Origin: Acidobacteriota bacterium
Lineage (GTDB): Bacteria; Acidobacteriota; UBA6911; RPQK01; JADFOI01
Reading direction: 5' to 3'
Assembly: GCA_963663035.1 (NCBI GenBank)
Contig: OY760074.1
Coordinates: forward strand, 1,632,001-1,696,000
Length of the DNA stretch: 64,000 nt
Both the position numbers and the translations under genes were made by a program. Under the pieces are notes generated by a model. That model was not told the DNA's origin, ran no database searches, and saw only the letters and a program-made list of their open reading frames with translations. This document shows positions 1 to 9,005 of this stretch, piece after piece. Positions within the stretch are counted from its first letter, which is position 1, and the number at the start of each line of letters is the position of its first letter.

Positions 1-15
1 CTGAGCAAAAAATGG

Positions 16-2415
16 GTGGGCCAGCCGATCAAGCGCCGCGAAGATCCTCGCCTCCTGACGGGTAGAGGAACCTTTGTGGATGACATCACCGTGCCCAACA
101 TGCATCACGCCGCCATCCTGCGGAGCCCGCATGCCCATGCCAGAATTATCTCCTACGATACCCGTGAGGCACTGAACCATCCAGGCGTACTGGCCGTGTT
201 GACAGGGGAAGAAGTCGGCCAGATGAGCAAGCCTTTCCCGGTCGGTGTGGTTGCACCTTTCAAGTACTACAGTGCAGCAGTGGGAAAAGTGCGCTACGTA
301 GGAGAACCGGTTGCCGTGGTGGTCGCCTCTGATCGCTATGTGGCCGAAGACGCCGTGGAGTTGATCCAGGTCGAGTACGAGAGTCTGCCTCCCATTGTGA
401 ACGTGGAAGCGGCAGTGGAGGCGGATGCGCCCGTTTTACACGAGGAACTGGGAAACAACATTGGCTGTCATCGACTGCTGAACTATGGCGACGTGGATCA
501 GGCTTTTGAAGAAGCTGACCTGGTGCTCAAAGAGCGTTTTGTTTTCCCCCGCTACAGCTCTCTCCCTCTGGAAACCTACGCCGTCATTGCCGATTACGAC
601 GCCATCACGAAAATGTTTACCGTCCACTCCAACTTTATGGGTCCCTTCAGCATGCATGCGGTGGCCGCAAGAGCTCTAGATATTGATGAAAACAAGCTGC
701 GCTTCATTGTGCCTTCGGACATTGGTGGAAGCTTCGGCATCAAGAGTAGTATCTACCCCTATATGGTGCTCCTTTCTCTCGCCTCCAAAAAGGCTGGAAA
801 ACCGGTCAAGTGGATCGAGGACCGCCAGGAGCATCTCATGGCCAGTTCCTGCCAGACCGACCGTGTGGCCTATCGCGAGGTAGCGGTCAAGAAGGACGGA
901 ACACTGCTGGGCGTCAAGTCCAAGATTCTTGAAAATGTGGGGGCCTACCTGCGCGCTCCCGAGCCGGCCTGCACTTTTCGTCCCATCGGGAACTTCGTCG
1001 GACCTTACAAGGTCAGGAACGTGCAAATAGACGCCTACGATGTGATGACCAACAAATGCCCCACCGGACCGAACCGGGGATACGGATGTCAGCAGATCTA
1101 TTTCGAGCAGGAACGCATGATGGACAAGGTTGCTGAAGAACTAAAGCTGGATCCCATAGAGGTTCGCAGACAGAACCTCATCCCAGCTGAAGCCATGCCC
1201 TACACCACGCCTATGGGGGGGATCTATGACAGTGGAGACTACCCCAAGGGTATCGATCTGGTCGTAGAGATGAGCCAATACACGAAACTGCGCGAGACCC
1301 AGAAGAAAGCCCGCTCAGAGGGTCGTCTGTTTGGAATCGGGATTGCCGCCGGCGTTGATCCCTCCGTGTCCAACATGGGTTACATCACGATTGCCCTGCC
1401 CCCGGAATTCCGGGCAAGACCCGGCTACCTGCCCAAGTCAGGATCGGCCGAATCAGCCACCATCCAGATGAATCAACGCGGCAAGGTCAGCGTGACCATG
1501 GGCACCACCCCGCAGGGACAAGGGCATGAAACGGTCGTCACCCAGATCGTGGCCGACGAACTGGGTATCACTCCTGATGATGTGGTGGTTGTGGATGAAT
1601 TCGACACCGCCAAGCATGGCTGGAGCATCTCCTCGGGAACCTACGCCAGTCGTTTTGCTTCGGTTGGGACCAGTGCAGCGGTCCTGGCGGCTCGCAAGCT
1701 CAAAAAGAAGATCATTCATCTGGCCGCTGCACTTCTGTCTGCCCCCGAAGAGGATCTGATCATCGAGGAGGGAAAGGTTTTTGCCAAAGACGATCCGGAC
1801 AAAAATATGACCGTCAAGCGCGTTGCCGGCACCGCCCACTGGAACCACGAACTCCTCCCCGATGACATCGAAGCTGGATTGCAGGCCCGAGCCGTCTTTC
1901 GCTTCCCCTCAAACGTTGCTCCTGACCCTCAGGATCGGGTCAATTCTTCCAACACCTATGGTTTCATGGTGGAAATTGCCGTGGTCGAGGTGGACCCGGA
2001 CTCCGGGCAAGTCAAGATCCTGGACTGGTTCAGCGTCCACGATGCCGGAACCATTATCAACCCCATGATCCTGGAAGGCCAGGTATACGGAGGAGCATTG
2101 CATGGCATAGGAGGAGCCCTGTACGAAGAGTTAGCCTACGATGAAGAGGGTCAGTTCCTCACGGGCAGCTTCATGCACTACGTGTGCCCCACCTCGGTGG
2201 AAGCCCCGGTGTTGAAAATTGGCCACACCTGCTCGCCTTCACCTCTGACGCCTCTTGGATCCAAGGGGGCCGGGGAGAGCAGCAGCGAAACAGCTCCGGC
2301 CGCCATCGCCGGCGCGGTTGGCGATGCCCTGCGGCCTTTGGGAATCAACGTGAACGAACTGCCCTTGAATCCCAAGAAGGTTTGGGCACTCCTTCACCCA
2401 TCTCAGGAGAAATGA
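16..2415 (+). CDS. Xanthine dehydrogenase-family molybdopterin-binding large subunit (CoxL/HmfA-like); the true start may lie just before the window
   Basis: Motifs KRREDPRLLTGRGTFVDD, GGSFGIK, PNRGYG, QGQGHET and GSKGAGE; frame is open from base 1; lacks the form I CODH AYxCSFR loop. Confidence 0.92.
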   Translation: MGQPIKRREDPRLLTGRGTFVDDITVPNMHHAAILRSPHAHARIISYDTREALNHPGVLAVLTGEEVGQMSKPFPVGVVAPFKYYSAAVGKVRYVGEPVAVVVASDRYVAEDAVELIQVEYESLPPIVNVEAAVEADAPVLHEELGNNIGCHRLLNYGDVDQAFEEADLVLKERFVFPRYSSLPLETYAVIADYDAITKMFTVHSNFMGPFSMHAVAARALDIDENKLRFIVPSDIGGSFGIKSSIYPYMVLLSLASKKAGKPVKWIEDRQEHLMASSCQTDRVAYREVAVKKDGTLLGVKSKILENVGAYLRAPEPACTFRPIGNFVGPYKVRNVQIDAYDVMTNKCPTGPNRGYGCQQIYFEQERMMDKVAEELKLDPIEVRRQNLIPAEAMPYTTPMGGIYDSGDYPKGIDLVVEMSQYTKLRETQKKARSEGRLFGIGIAAGVDPSVSNMGYITIALPPEFRARPGYLPKSGSAESATIQMNQRGKVSVTMGTTPQGQGHETVVTQIVADELGITPDDVVVVDEFDTAKHGWSISSGTYASRFASVGTSAAVLAARKLKKKIIHLAAALLSAPEEDLIIEEGKVFAKDDPDKNMTVKRVAGTAHWNHELLPDDIEAGLQARAVFRFPSNVAPDPQDRVNSSNTYGFMVEIAVVEVDPDSGQVKILDWFSVHDAGTIINPMILEGQVYGGALHGIGGALYEELAYDEEGQFLTGSFMHYVCPTSVEAPVLKIGHTCSPSPLTPLGSKGAGESSSETAPAAIAGAVGDALRPLGINVNELPLNPKKVWALLHPSQEK

Positions 2416-2431
2416 CAGTTTCCAGCACAAC

Positions 2432-3319
2432 ATGAAACCTCCAAAGTTCGACTATTTCGACCCCACCACCGTCCAGGAAGCTCTCGATCTGCTGAAGCAA
2501 TACGGTGACGATGCCAAGCTTCTGGCCGGAGGTCAGTCTCTGGTACCGCTGCTGAACTTCAGGCTGGCTCATCCCCAGGTTCTCATTGACATCAATCGGA
2601 TCAAAGAGATGGATTATGTCCGCGAATCCAATGGGAAATTAGCCATTGGTGCCCTGACCCGGCAAAGGACGCTGGAAGTCTCCCCGACCATTCGCTCCAA
2701 GTGCGGCCTGCTCACCGATTCAGCCGAGTTGATCGGACACCCTCAGATCCGCAACCGCGGCACCGTGGGAGGCAGTCTGGCTCACGCCGATCCTACAGCC
2801 GAACTGACGGCCATTGCCAAGGCCCTGGATGCTGAGATGACCATGCGCAGTCATGAAGGAGAGCGAACGATCCCGGCAAAGGATTTCTTCGTCACGGTGA
2901 TGACCACAGCCATTGAACCCTCTGAGATGCTGGTCGAAATCCAGTTCCCCTCCCTGGCACCCTCAGCTGGATGGGCCTTTGAGGAGTTTGTTTTGCGTCA
3001 TGGGGACTTCGCGGTGGTCGGCGTCACCGCCATTTTGACACTCGACGGGCAGCAAAAGTGCACCTCGGCCCGTCTGGCGGCTATTGGAGTTGATGAAACT
3101 CCCTTCAGAGATCCGGAAATAGAAAAGCTTCTCCAGGGTGAGAAGATCACTGATCCGCTTCTGGAAGAAGTGGCCAGCCGTATGAGCGAAGGAATCGATC
3201 CCTTTACTGATCTTCATGCTTCGGCGGAGCAGAGGAAACATCTGGCTGGTGTTCTGGCCAAGAAAGCTTTGAGGAAAGCCGAGAAAGAGGCCCTGCGAAA
3301 GCTGAAGGAGGAGAACTGA
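2432..3319 (+). CDS. Molybdenum hydroxylase FAD-binding medium subunit (CoxM-like)
   Basis: MKPPKFDY, AGGQSLVP, IRNRGTVGGS and RHGDFA motifs; operonic with the large subunit. Confidence 0.93.
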   Translation: MKPPKFDYFDPTTVQEALDLLKQYGDDAKLLAGGQSLVPLLNFRLAHPQVLIDINRIKEMDYVRESNGKLAIGALTRQRTLEVSPTIRSKCGLLTDSAELIGHPQIRNRGTVGGSLAHADPTAELTAIAKALDAEMTMRSHEGERTIPAKDFFVTVMTTAIEPSEMLVEIQFPSLAPSAGWAFEEFVLRHGDFAVVGVTAILTLDGQQKCTSARLAAIGVDETPFRDPEIEKLLQGEKITDPLLEEVASRMSEGIDPFTDLHASAEQRKHLAGVLAKKALRKAEKEALRKLKEEN

Positions 3320-3324
3320 AAACA

Positions 3325-3810
3325 ATGCCTCAAGAGTTCCGATCCATCCAGATAACGGTCAACGGAGAGACCTACCACAGGCAAGTCGAGCCCAGGCGTT
3401 TGCTGTCGGATTTTCTGCGCGACGATCTGAACCTGCGGGGCACCCACGTGGGCTGTGAACATGGGATCTGCGGGGCCTGCACGATCCTGCTGAACGGCGA
3501 AACAGCACGCTCGTGCTTAATGTTTGCGGTCCAGGCGGATGGCGCCAAGATTACCACGGTTGAGGGGTTGGCCCAAAACGGCGAACTGCACCCCGTACAG
3601 CAAGCTTTCTGGGAAAATCATGGTCTGCAATGTGGCTTTTGTACTCCTGGATTTCTACTGACCGCTTTTGAACTGCTGGAAAGAAATCCCAACCCCACCG
3701 AACAGGAAGTAAGGGTGGGTCTTTCTGGAAACATGTGCCGCTGCACAGGCTACCAGGGAATCATCCAGTCAGTCCTGGCGGCTGCCGAGAAGATGAAAGG
3801 TCAGAAGTAG
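3325..3810 (+). CDS. Molybdenum hydroxylase 2Fe-2S small subunit (CoxS-like)
   Basis: GCEHGICGACT, QCGFCTPG and GNMCRCTGY motifs. Confidence 0.95.
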   Translation: MPQEFRSIQITVNGETYHRQVEPRRLLSDFLRDDLNLRGTHVGCEHGICGACTILLNGETARSCLMFAVQADGAKITTVEGLAQNGELHPVQQAFWENHGLQCGFCTPGFLLTAFELLERNPNPTEQEVRVGLSGNMCRCTGYQGIIQSVLAAAEKMKGQK

Positions 3811-3880
3811 GAAGATTAGGGACAGGCCCAGATCTCCTTCCCAAACTCCTGTTGTTCCTGGTCTCCGTCGGGGGCTGGCA

Positions 3881-4483
3881 CTAATCTCGTTTCGAAAAGA
3901 TCTCCAAACACTCCCTGTAGTCCCCCGGCGTATCCATATCCTTCATGGTAAAGGGATTGTCCACCGGCACATGAGAGACGGAGTTTCGGAACTTCTGGAT
4001 GATTCCGTCCACCGGCTCCCCAGGCTTTAAGGCCAGGATCTCCCGCCTCAGTGAAATATCGAACAACACGGGGCGCCCTTCCTGGTCTTCAAAGGTTGGA
4101 ATAAACATCTTCGACTGAGCCTTCCGGCTCCGGAAGGCCTTGACGAGAGCATCGATCTCCCTGTGTGTGACCAGAGGATGGTCCACGGGAAGATTCAAAA
4201 AAGCCACTGTGGCCGGGTCCATCGCTTCCAGGGCACACTGAAAAGAGCTGGTCTGACCCTTCCTGTAGTCGGAATTCACCACCACTTGAGCACCTGAGAA
4301 ATCAACCTGCTCCAGAATCTTCTCCTTCTCATGTCCCAGAACCACCACCACGTTGTCTACCCGGGACTGCCGACACTCCTCCAGAAGGAGAGAGAGCAGC
4401 GGTACCCCTCCAAAGTCCAGGAGAGGCTTAGAAGTTTTCATTCTGAGGGAGAGTCCAGCGGCCAGCAGGATCTGCGTGATCAT
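3881..4483 (-). CDS. Molybdenum cofactor cytidylyltransferase-like nucleotidyltransferase (MocA family)
   Basis: ILLAAGLSLRM, GQTSS, VDHPLV and DMDTPGDY motifs; start placed at ATG 4483; adjacent to the Mo hydroxylase. Confidence 0.8.
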   Translation of the reverse strand: MITQILLAAGLSLRMKTSKPLLDFGGVPLLSLLLEECRQSRVDNVVVVLGHEKEKILEQVDFSGAQVVVNSDYRKGQTSSFQCALEAMDPATVAFLNLPVDHPLVTHREIDALVKAFRSRKAQSKMFIPTFEDQEGRPVLFDISLRREILALKPGEPVDGIIQKFRNSVSHVPVDNPFTMKDMDTPGDYRECLEIFSKRD

Positions 4484-4490
4484 GATTAAG

Positions 4491-4514
4491 AAATATGGGG
4501 AGGTCCCCATATTT
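4491..4514. repeat. Short palindrome between ubiD and mocA (REP-like)
   Basis: aaatatgggg-aggt-ccccatattt, a perfect 10-bp inverted repeat. Confidence 0.5.
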
Positions 4515-4515
4515 C

Positions 4516-6018
4516 CTATTCTTTCTCCTGCCCTTCCATCCGTTCCGCATGGTAGTCCAGCAGTCCCTCCATCCAGGCTGGCATGTCAAAAGCAGGCAAG
4601 CCCGCCTCTTTCCAGCTTTCATAGCCCTTGAACAAAAGGTCCTTGGGAGGGAGGGACAGGTCGGGTTGAGGGCCGATTTCCGTAGCATCGATGACCAGCT
4701 TGGAGCCAATGCCGTCTTGTGCAGAAGGGTCGTAGATCTGGTAGACGTCTTTGATGATCACCAGATCCCGCGCCGGGTTGACACGAGAATTGATCATCCA
4801 GTCCAAATGCTGCTGGTGGCGGATATCTATGTCGGAATTGACGACCATGACCGTCTTGAAAAAAACACCCATCTCGGCCACCAATCGGCCCACCCTCTTG
4901 GCATGTCCCGGGTAGGTGGGATTCATCTGGACCACCACAGAGCCCAGCAAACCTCCATGGGTCTGATTGATTGACACATCCAGCACGGTGGGCTCGGACC
5001 AATCGTCAACCAGCAGCTTATGGATGACGCATTCATTGGCCTGGCCTTGTATCAAGGTGCTTTCGCTGGGCGGATGCTGGCTGATGTAGCCGTAGTAGAT
5101 GGGATCCTTTCGGTGAGTGATGCACTGGACATCGAAAAAGGGCCGCTCTCCAACGGGGCCCATGTAGCCGGCAAACTCTCCAAAACTCTCTTCCACCATT
5201 CGTCCGGTGGGATGCAGTTCCCCCTCCACGATGATTTCGGCCTGGGCCGGCACCAGCAGGTCAGAGGTCTTGGCCCGCACCATTTCAATGGGAGCACCTT
5301 TGAAGCCGCCCGCTACCGTAATCTCGTCTATCCCTTTGGGCAAAGCCCCGGCGGTGGCCAGGTGTACGGCCGGTTCACAGGTAATGGCCACGGCCACAGG
5401 AGCGGGTTTTCCTTTGAGGGCATAGGATTGATAATTTTCATAGGCCTGCCGGCCTGGATTCGTATTGAGCGTAGCTCGGTTCTTGGACTGGACCTGACAG
5501 CGATAGGTTCCCATGTTCTGCACTTCCTTGTCGCAATCCTTGGTGATCACGCAGGCCGTAATGCAGGGTTTGAGATCTTTTCCGGGCGTCCAGATCGGTA
5601 CAGGAAGATTGGCAAGATCAACCTCTTCCCGCCCCACAACGACTTCCTGAGCAGGAGCCGATTGCACTTCCTGGGGCGCGATGGGCTGGCGCAGAGCCTC
5701 CATCCAGACTTCATGGATTCGATCCGGTGTCGTACCCAAGGCCAGTGCATAGACCTCCCGTGAAGCTCCGATCAAAGGAGTGGCTACCGGCATGGTTGAG
5801 CCCTTGACATTCTCAAAGAGCATCCCAAAACGCTCCTCCATAGGAAGACCCTGATAAATCCAGCGCGCCATGCAGGACAGTTCCCAGCTCGGATCCACTT
5901 CCTTGCTGACCCGCTGGAGTTTGCCGTGAGCCTCCAGCTCATCGATGAACTCCCGCATACTTCCGCACATCTTGCGCCGACTTTTGTCCTTCTGGCTCTT
6001 TTCCATGCTGATTGTCAT
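4516..6018 (-). CDS. UbiD family (prFMN-dependent) decarboxylase, non-menaquinone type
   Basis: MREFIDELE...EVDPSWE, QNMGTYR, EESFGEFAGY and SKLVIDAT motifs. Confidence 0.9.
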   Translation of the reverse strand: MTISMEKSQKDKSRRKMCGSMREFIDELEAHGKLQRVSKEVDPSWELSCMARWIYQGLPMEERFGMLFENVKGSTMPVATPLIGASREVYALALGTTPDRIHEVWMEALRQPIAPQEVQSAPAQEVVVGREEVDLANLPVPIWTPGKDLKPCITACVITKDCDKEVQNMGTYRCQVQSKNRATLNTNPGRQAYENYQSYALKGKPAPVAVAITCEPAVHLATAGALPKGIDEITVAGGFKGAPIEMVRAKTSDLLVPAQAEIIVEGELHPTGRMVEESFGEFAGYMGPVGERPFFDVQCITHRKDPIYYGYISQHPPSESTLIQGQANECVIHKLLVDDWSEPTVLDVSINQTHGGLLGSVVVQMNPTYPGHAKRVGRLVAEMGVFFKTVMVVNSDIDIRHQQHLDWMINSRVNPARDLVIIKDVYQIYDPSAQDGIGSKLVIDATEIGPQPDLSLPPKDLLFKGYESWKEAGLPAFDMPAWMEGLLDYHAERMEGQEKE

Positions 6019-6086
6019 GGGGGGAATTCTCGCTTACCCGGACCGTCCTTGTAAAGCCCATTCGGGGCCTGAGGCCCCTCCCACCG

Positions 6087-7835
6087 TCACCAACCCTCGC
6101 CCTTTCCCAACGAGGCGACGAACTGCAAAGCCACTGCTGCGGCCAGAATGACTATGACTGCCAGCACCAGGGAGACCAGGATCTCTCGCGGTTGGCCAAT
6201 GAGCATCAGCGCGGGCCGGTACATGACCAGGAAAGGTATCAGGTAGCCCGCTATCCCGAGGCGGAAGGCCGTAAACCCGGTTCGGGTGACATCGGAAACG
6301 GCAATGGCAGAGGCCGCATAGGCAGCCAGCGCCACAGGAGGGGTGATGGCCCCGATGGAACTGCAAAAGAAGATGAAAAAGTGCGATGCCAGCGGCTCGA
6401 AGCCGGCCGCCACCAGTGCCGGCACGGTCAGTCCCGCCACGATGATGTACACCGCCGTGGGTGGCACGGCCATGCCCAGACACAGGCATGTCAGCATTGC
6501 CACCGCCAGCAGCAGCAGAGGCTGTCCCTCAGCCAATGCGACAAGCGCTCCGGAAAGAGTAAATCCCAGGCCGGTCAGGTTGATAATTCCCACAATGAGA
6601 CCCGCCGAAGCACAGGCCACGGCAATGGGAATGACCTTTCGGGCCGCTCCCTCCAGAGCGGCCAGCAGCTTCGACAGGTTGAACCGCGTATGGGCTCGAA
6701 GAAAAGAAAGAGCCACCGTCAGACCCATGGCCCAGAAGGCCGCTAGCATCAGGCTGCGCCCGCGAAAGATCAGAATCACCAGAACGATCATGGGAGGAAT
6801 CATGTGGCCGTACTGGAAGAGGGTCGCCGACAAGCGGGGCGGCGATTCGCCGGATTGAATCCGGAGATCCTTTCGCCAGGCAGTGAAGTAAACGACCATC
6901 ATCAGGGAGAAGAAATACAGCAGCGCTGGTAAAATGGCGGCCTTGGCCACTTCCACATAAGGGATGTTCAGAAATTGGGCGATCAGGAAGGCTCCAGCCC
7001 CCATCAAGGGCGGAGTAAACATGCCCCCGGTGGAGGCCACGGCTTCAATGGCTCCCGCCATGTGGCTTTGAAATCCCGTGCGCTTCATCAGAGGGATGGT
7101 GAAGTTCCCAGTCGTCACCACGTTGGCCACGGGAGAACCGGAAAGCATTCCCATGATGGCACTGGAAAGGATGGCGCTCAGGGCCGGTCCCCCTCGCATA
7201 CGCCCCGTCAAACTATAGCTCAGATCAATGAACCAGCGGTCTCCTCCCGAGTGGGTCAGAAGCATCCCGAAGAGCACAAACATGATGACGAAGGTGGCAG
7301 AGATTTCCATGGGAAGACCGTAGACCCCACCGTTGCCAAGATAGAGGGTGCCCACCAGCCGGTCAAGACCGTAGCCTCGATGAAGAAAAATGCCCGGTGC
7401 AAAGCGACCGAAGACTCCGTAGAGGAGGAAAAGCACCACCAGAAGAGGAAGAAACCATCCGATGCTGCGGCGGGTAGCCTCCAACACCAGCAGGATCATT
7501 AAAGTGCCCAGGAGGAGCTCCCAATTGTTCACCAGCCCGGTTCGTTCAATGTAGTATGGCCAGTCCAAGAACACAAAACCGCTGGAGGTCACGGTCAGGG
7601 CCGCCAGCACAATATCGGTGCGGCCCGGGGTGCCTTTCACTGAGCTGTCTCGTCGATAGATCAGAAAAACAGCAGTGGACAGAAGGCCCCAGTGCACCAT
7701 GCGGTTGTAGGTGGGGGCCAGCAAACTGAAGGCATTGGCATAGAGGGCAAAAACGGAGGTACTGATGAGGATCCATCGAACGGTCGAAGACCAGCTCCCG
7801 GGCCGATGACTGTCAACTGATGCAGGACTGTTCAT
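6087..7835 (-). CDS. TRAP transporter fused 4TM/12TM permease (TAXI type)
   Basis: SGSPVANVVTTG, AIEAVASTGG..PPLMGAGAF and ITPPVALAAYAA motifs; highly hydrophobic. Confidence 0.92.
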   Translation of the reverse strand: MNSPASVDSHRPGSWSSTVRWILISTSVFALYANAFSLLAPTYNRMVHWGLLSTAVFLIYRRDSSVKGTPGRTDIVLAALTVTSSGFVFLDWPYYIERTGLVNNWELLLGTLMILLVLEATRRSIGWFLPLLVVLFLLYGVFGRFAPGIFLHRGYGLDRLVGTLYLGNGGVYGLPMEISATFVIMFVLFGMLLTHSGGDRWFIDLSYSLTGRMRGGPALSAILSSAIMGMLSGSPVANVVTTGNFTIPLMKRTGFQSHMAGAIEAVASTGGMFTPPLMGAGAFLIAQFLNIPYVEVAKAAILPALLYFFSLMMVVYFTAWRKDLRIQSGESPPRLSATLFQYGHMIPPMIVLVILIFRGRSLMLAAFWAMGLTVALSFLRAHTRFNLSKLLAALEGAARKVIPIAVACASAGLIVGIINLTGLGFTLSGALVALAEGQPLLLLAVAMLTCLCLGMAVPPTAVYIIVAGLTVPALVAAGFEPLASHFFIFFCSSIGAITPPVALAAYAASAIAVSDVTRTGFTAFRLGIAGYLIPFLVMYRPALMLIGQPREILVSLVLAVIVILAAAVALQFVASLGKGEGW

Positions 7836-7853
7836 TTGCTCAACTCTTCTTCT

Positions 7854-8067
7854 CTAGCCGGGAGTATGCATAAATTTTCTACTGCAGTGCCGCAATCATC
7901 CACGCTGACTGCGTTGTGCGACCCGCAAGCGGGTACCCCTTGGGCTCCTCGGCGTACTGCAAGAGTACGCCTGCGGGGCCCGACCCGTGGCGGGTACCCC
8001 TCCCACGCCTTGTCATCACGGCGCCAGCGGCACTTCGTCACGAAAACCTATGCATACTCCCGGCTAG
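7854..8067. mobile_element. MITE (214 bp) with CTAG-ended terminal inverted repeats
   Basis: ctagccgggagtatgcata / tatgcatactcccggctag is a perfect 19-bp IR (24/26 when extended); internal hairpins; no coding capacity. Confidence 0.8.
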
Positions 8068-8916
8068 GGCTCTCAGGATTTTCAAGTTTCTCCGATCTTC
8101 TCGATGAGTTTTTCCCTTGGGTGTCTCCAGAATCTTGGGAATCTGATGGAAGCGGCGGTCAGTCAGGAACCCGCCAAAACCAGAGGTCCCAATTTTCCCC
8201 TTTCCGATGTGCTCATGACGATCCACGCGACTCCCCAGATCTTTCTTGCTGTCGTTGAAATGAAAGACTCGCAGCTTTTCCAGTCCGACCACCCGGCAAA
8301 ATTCCTCCATCACTCCGGCATATTCCGCCTTTCCTCTGATGTCATAGCCTGCCGCAAAAATATGGCAGGTATCCACACACACGAAGACCCTCTCAGGATG
8401 GCGCGTAGCGGCCAGTATGTCACGCAGATGTTCAAATCGATAGCCAATGCTTGTTCCCTGACCGGCCGTTGTTTCCAAGACGATAGATACATTCCACTCA
8501 CTGCTCCTTTGGTGAATCTGATCGATGGCCTGAGCGATCCGCTTGATTCCGGCCTGCTCCCCCTCCCCCATGTGCGAGCCAGGATGGGTCACCAACAGGC
8601 CGACACCCAGCCGCCGGCAGCGGTCTAACTCATCGAGCAGGCCCTCAATGGAGCGCTGCCACAGCTCCTTCTGGGGAGAGGCCAGGTTAATCAAGTAGCT
8701 GTCGTGAGCCACCACCTCTTGAAGTTTCGACTCGGTCCAGGCCGTCCGGAAACTCTCCACCTCTTCGTCAAGGAGAGCTTTCCCCTTCCACTGGCTAGGG
8801 CTTTTAACGAAGATCTGAAGAACCCTGCAACCTGCCCGTTGAGCACGCTCCAGGGCCAGTGGAGTTCCACCCGCTATGGACATGTGCGAACCTAAAAGAG
8901 GACCGCTCTCGATCAT
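8038..8916 (-). CDS. nfo: Endonuclease IV (deoxyribonuclease IV)
   Basis: GSHMSIAGG, HDSYLINLAS, LETTAGQG, DTCHIFAAGYD, DRHEHIG and ILETP motifs. Confidence 0.96.
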   Translation of the reverse strand: MIESGPLLGSHMSIAGGTPLALERAQRAGCRVLQIFVKSPSQWKGKALLDEEVESFRTAWTESKLQEVVAHDSYLINLASPQKELWQRSIEGLLDELDRCRRLGVGLLVTHPGSHMGEGEQAGIKRIAQAIDQIHQRSSEWNVSIVLETTAGQGTSIGYRFEHLRDILAATRHPERVFVCVDTCHIFAAGYDIRGKAEYAGVMEEFCRVVGLEKLRVFHFNDSKKDLGSRVDRHEHIGKGKIGTSGFGGFLTDRRFHQIPKILETPKGKTHREDRRNLKILRALAGSMHRFS

Positions 8917-9005
8917 CTCTCCATCATAAAGCTCTTTCCCAAATCTGGCTGCATGAAATTTCTTCGATTGACCATCAATGCCTGAGAAAGCACAATGTGC
9001 ATCCG

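Noticed and set aside
16-3810. Aerobic CO dehydrogenase coxLMS
   Set aside because: The active-site loop is PNRGYG, not AYxCSFR (form I) or AYRGAGR (form II)
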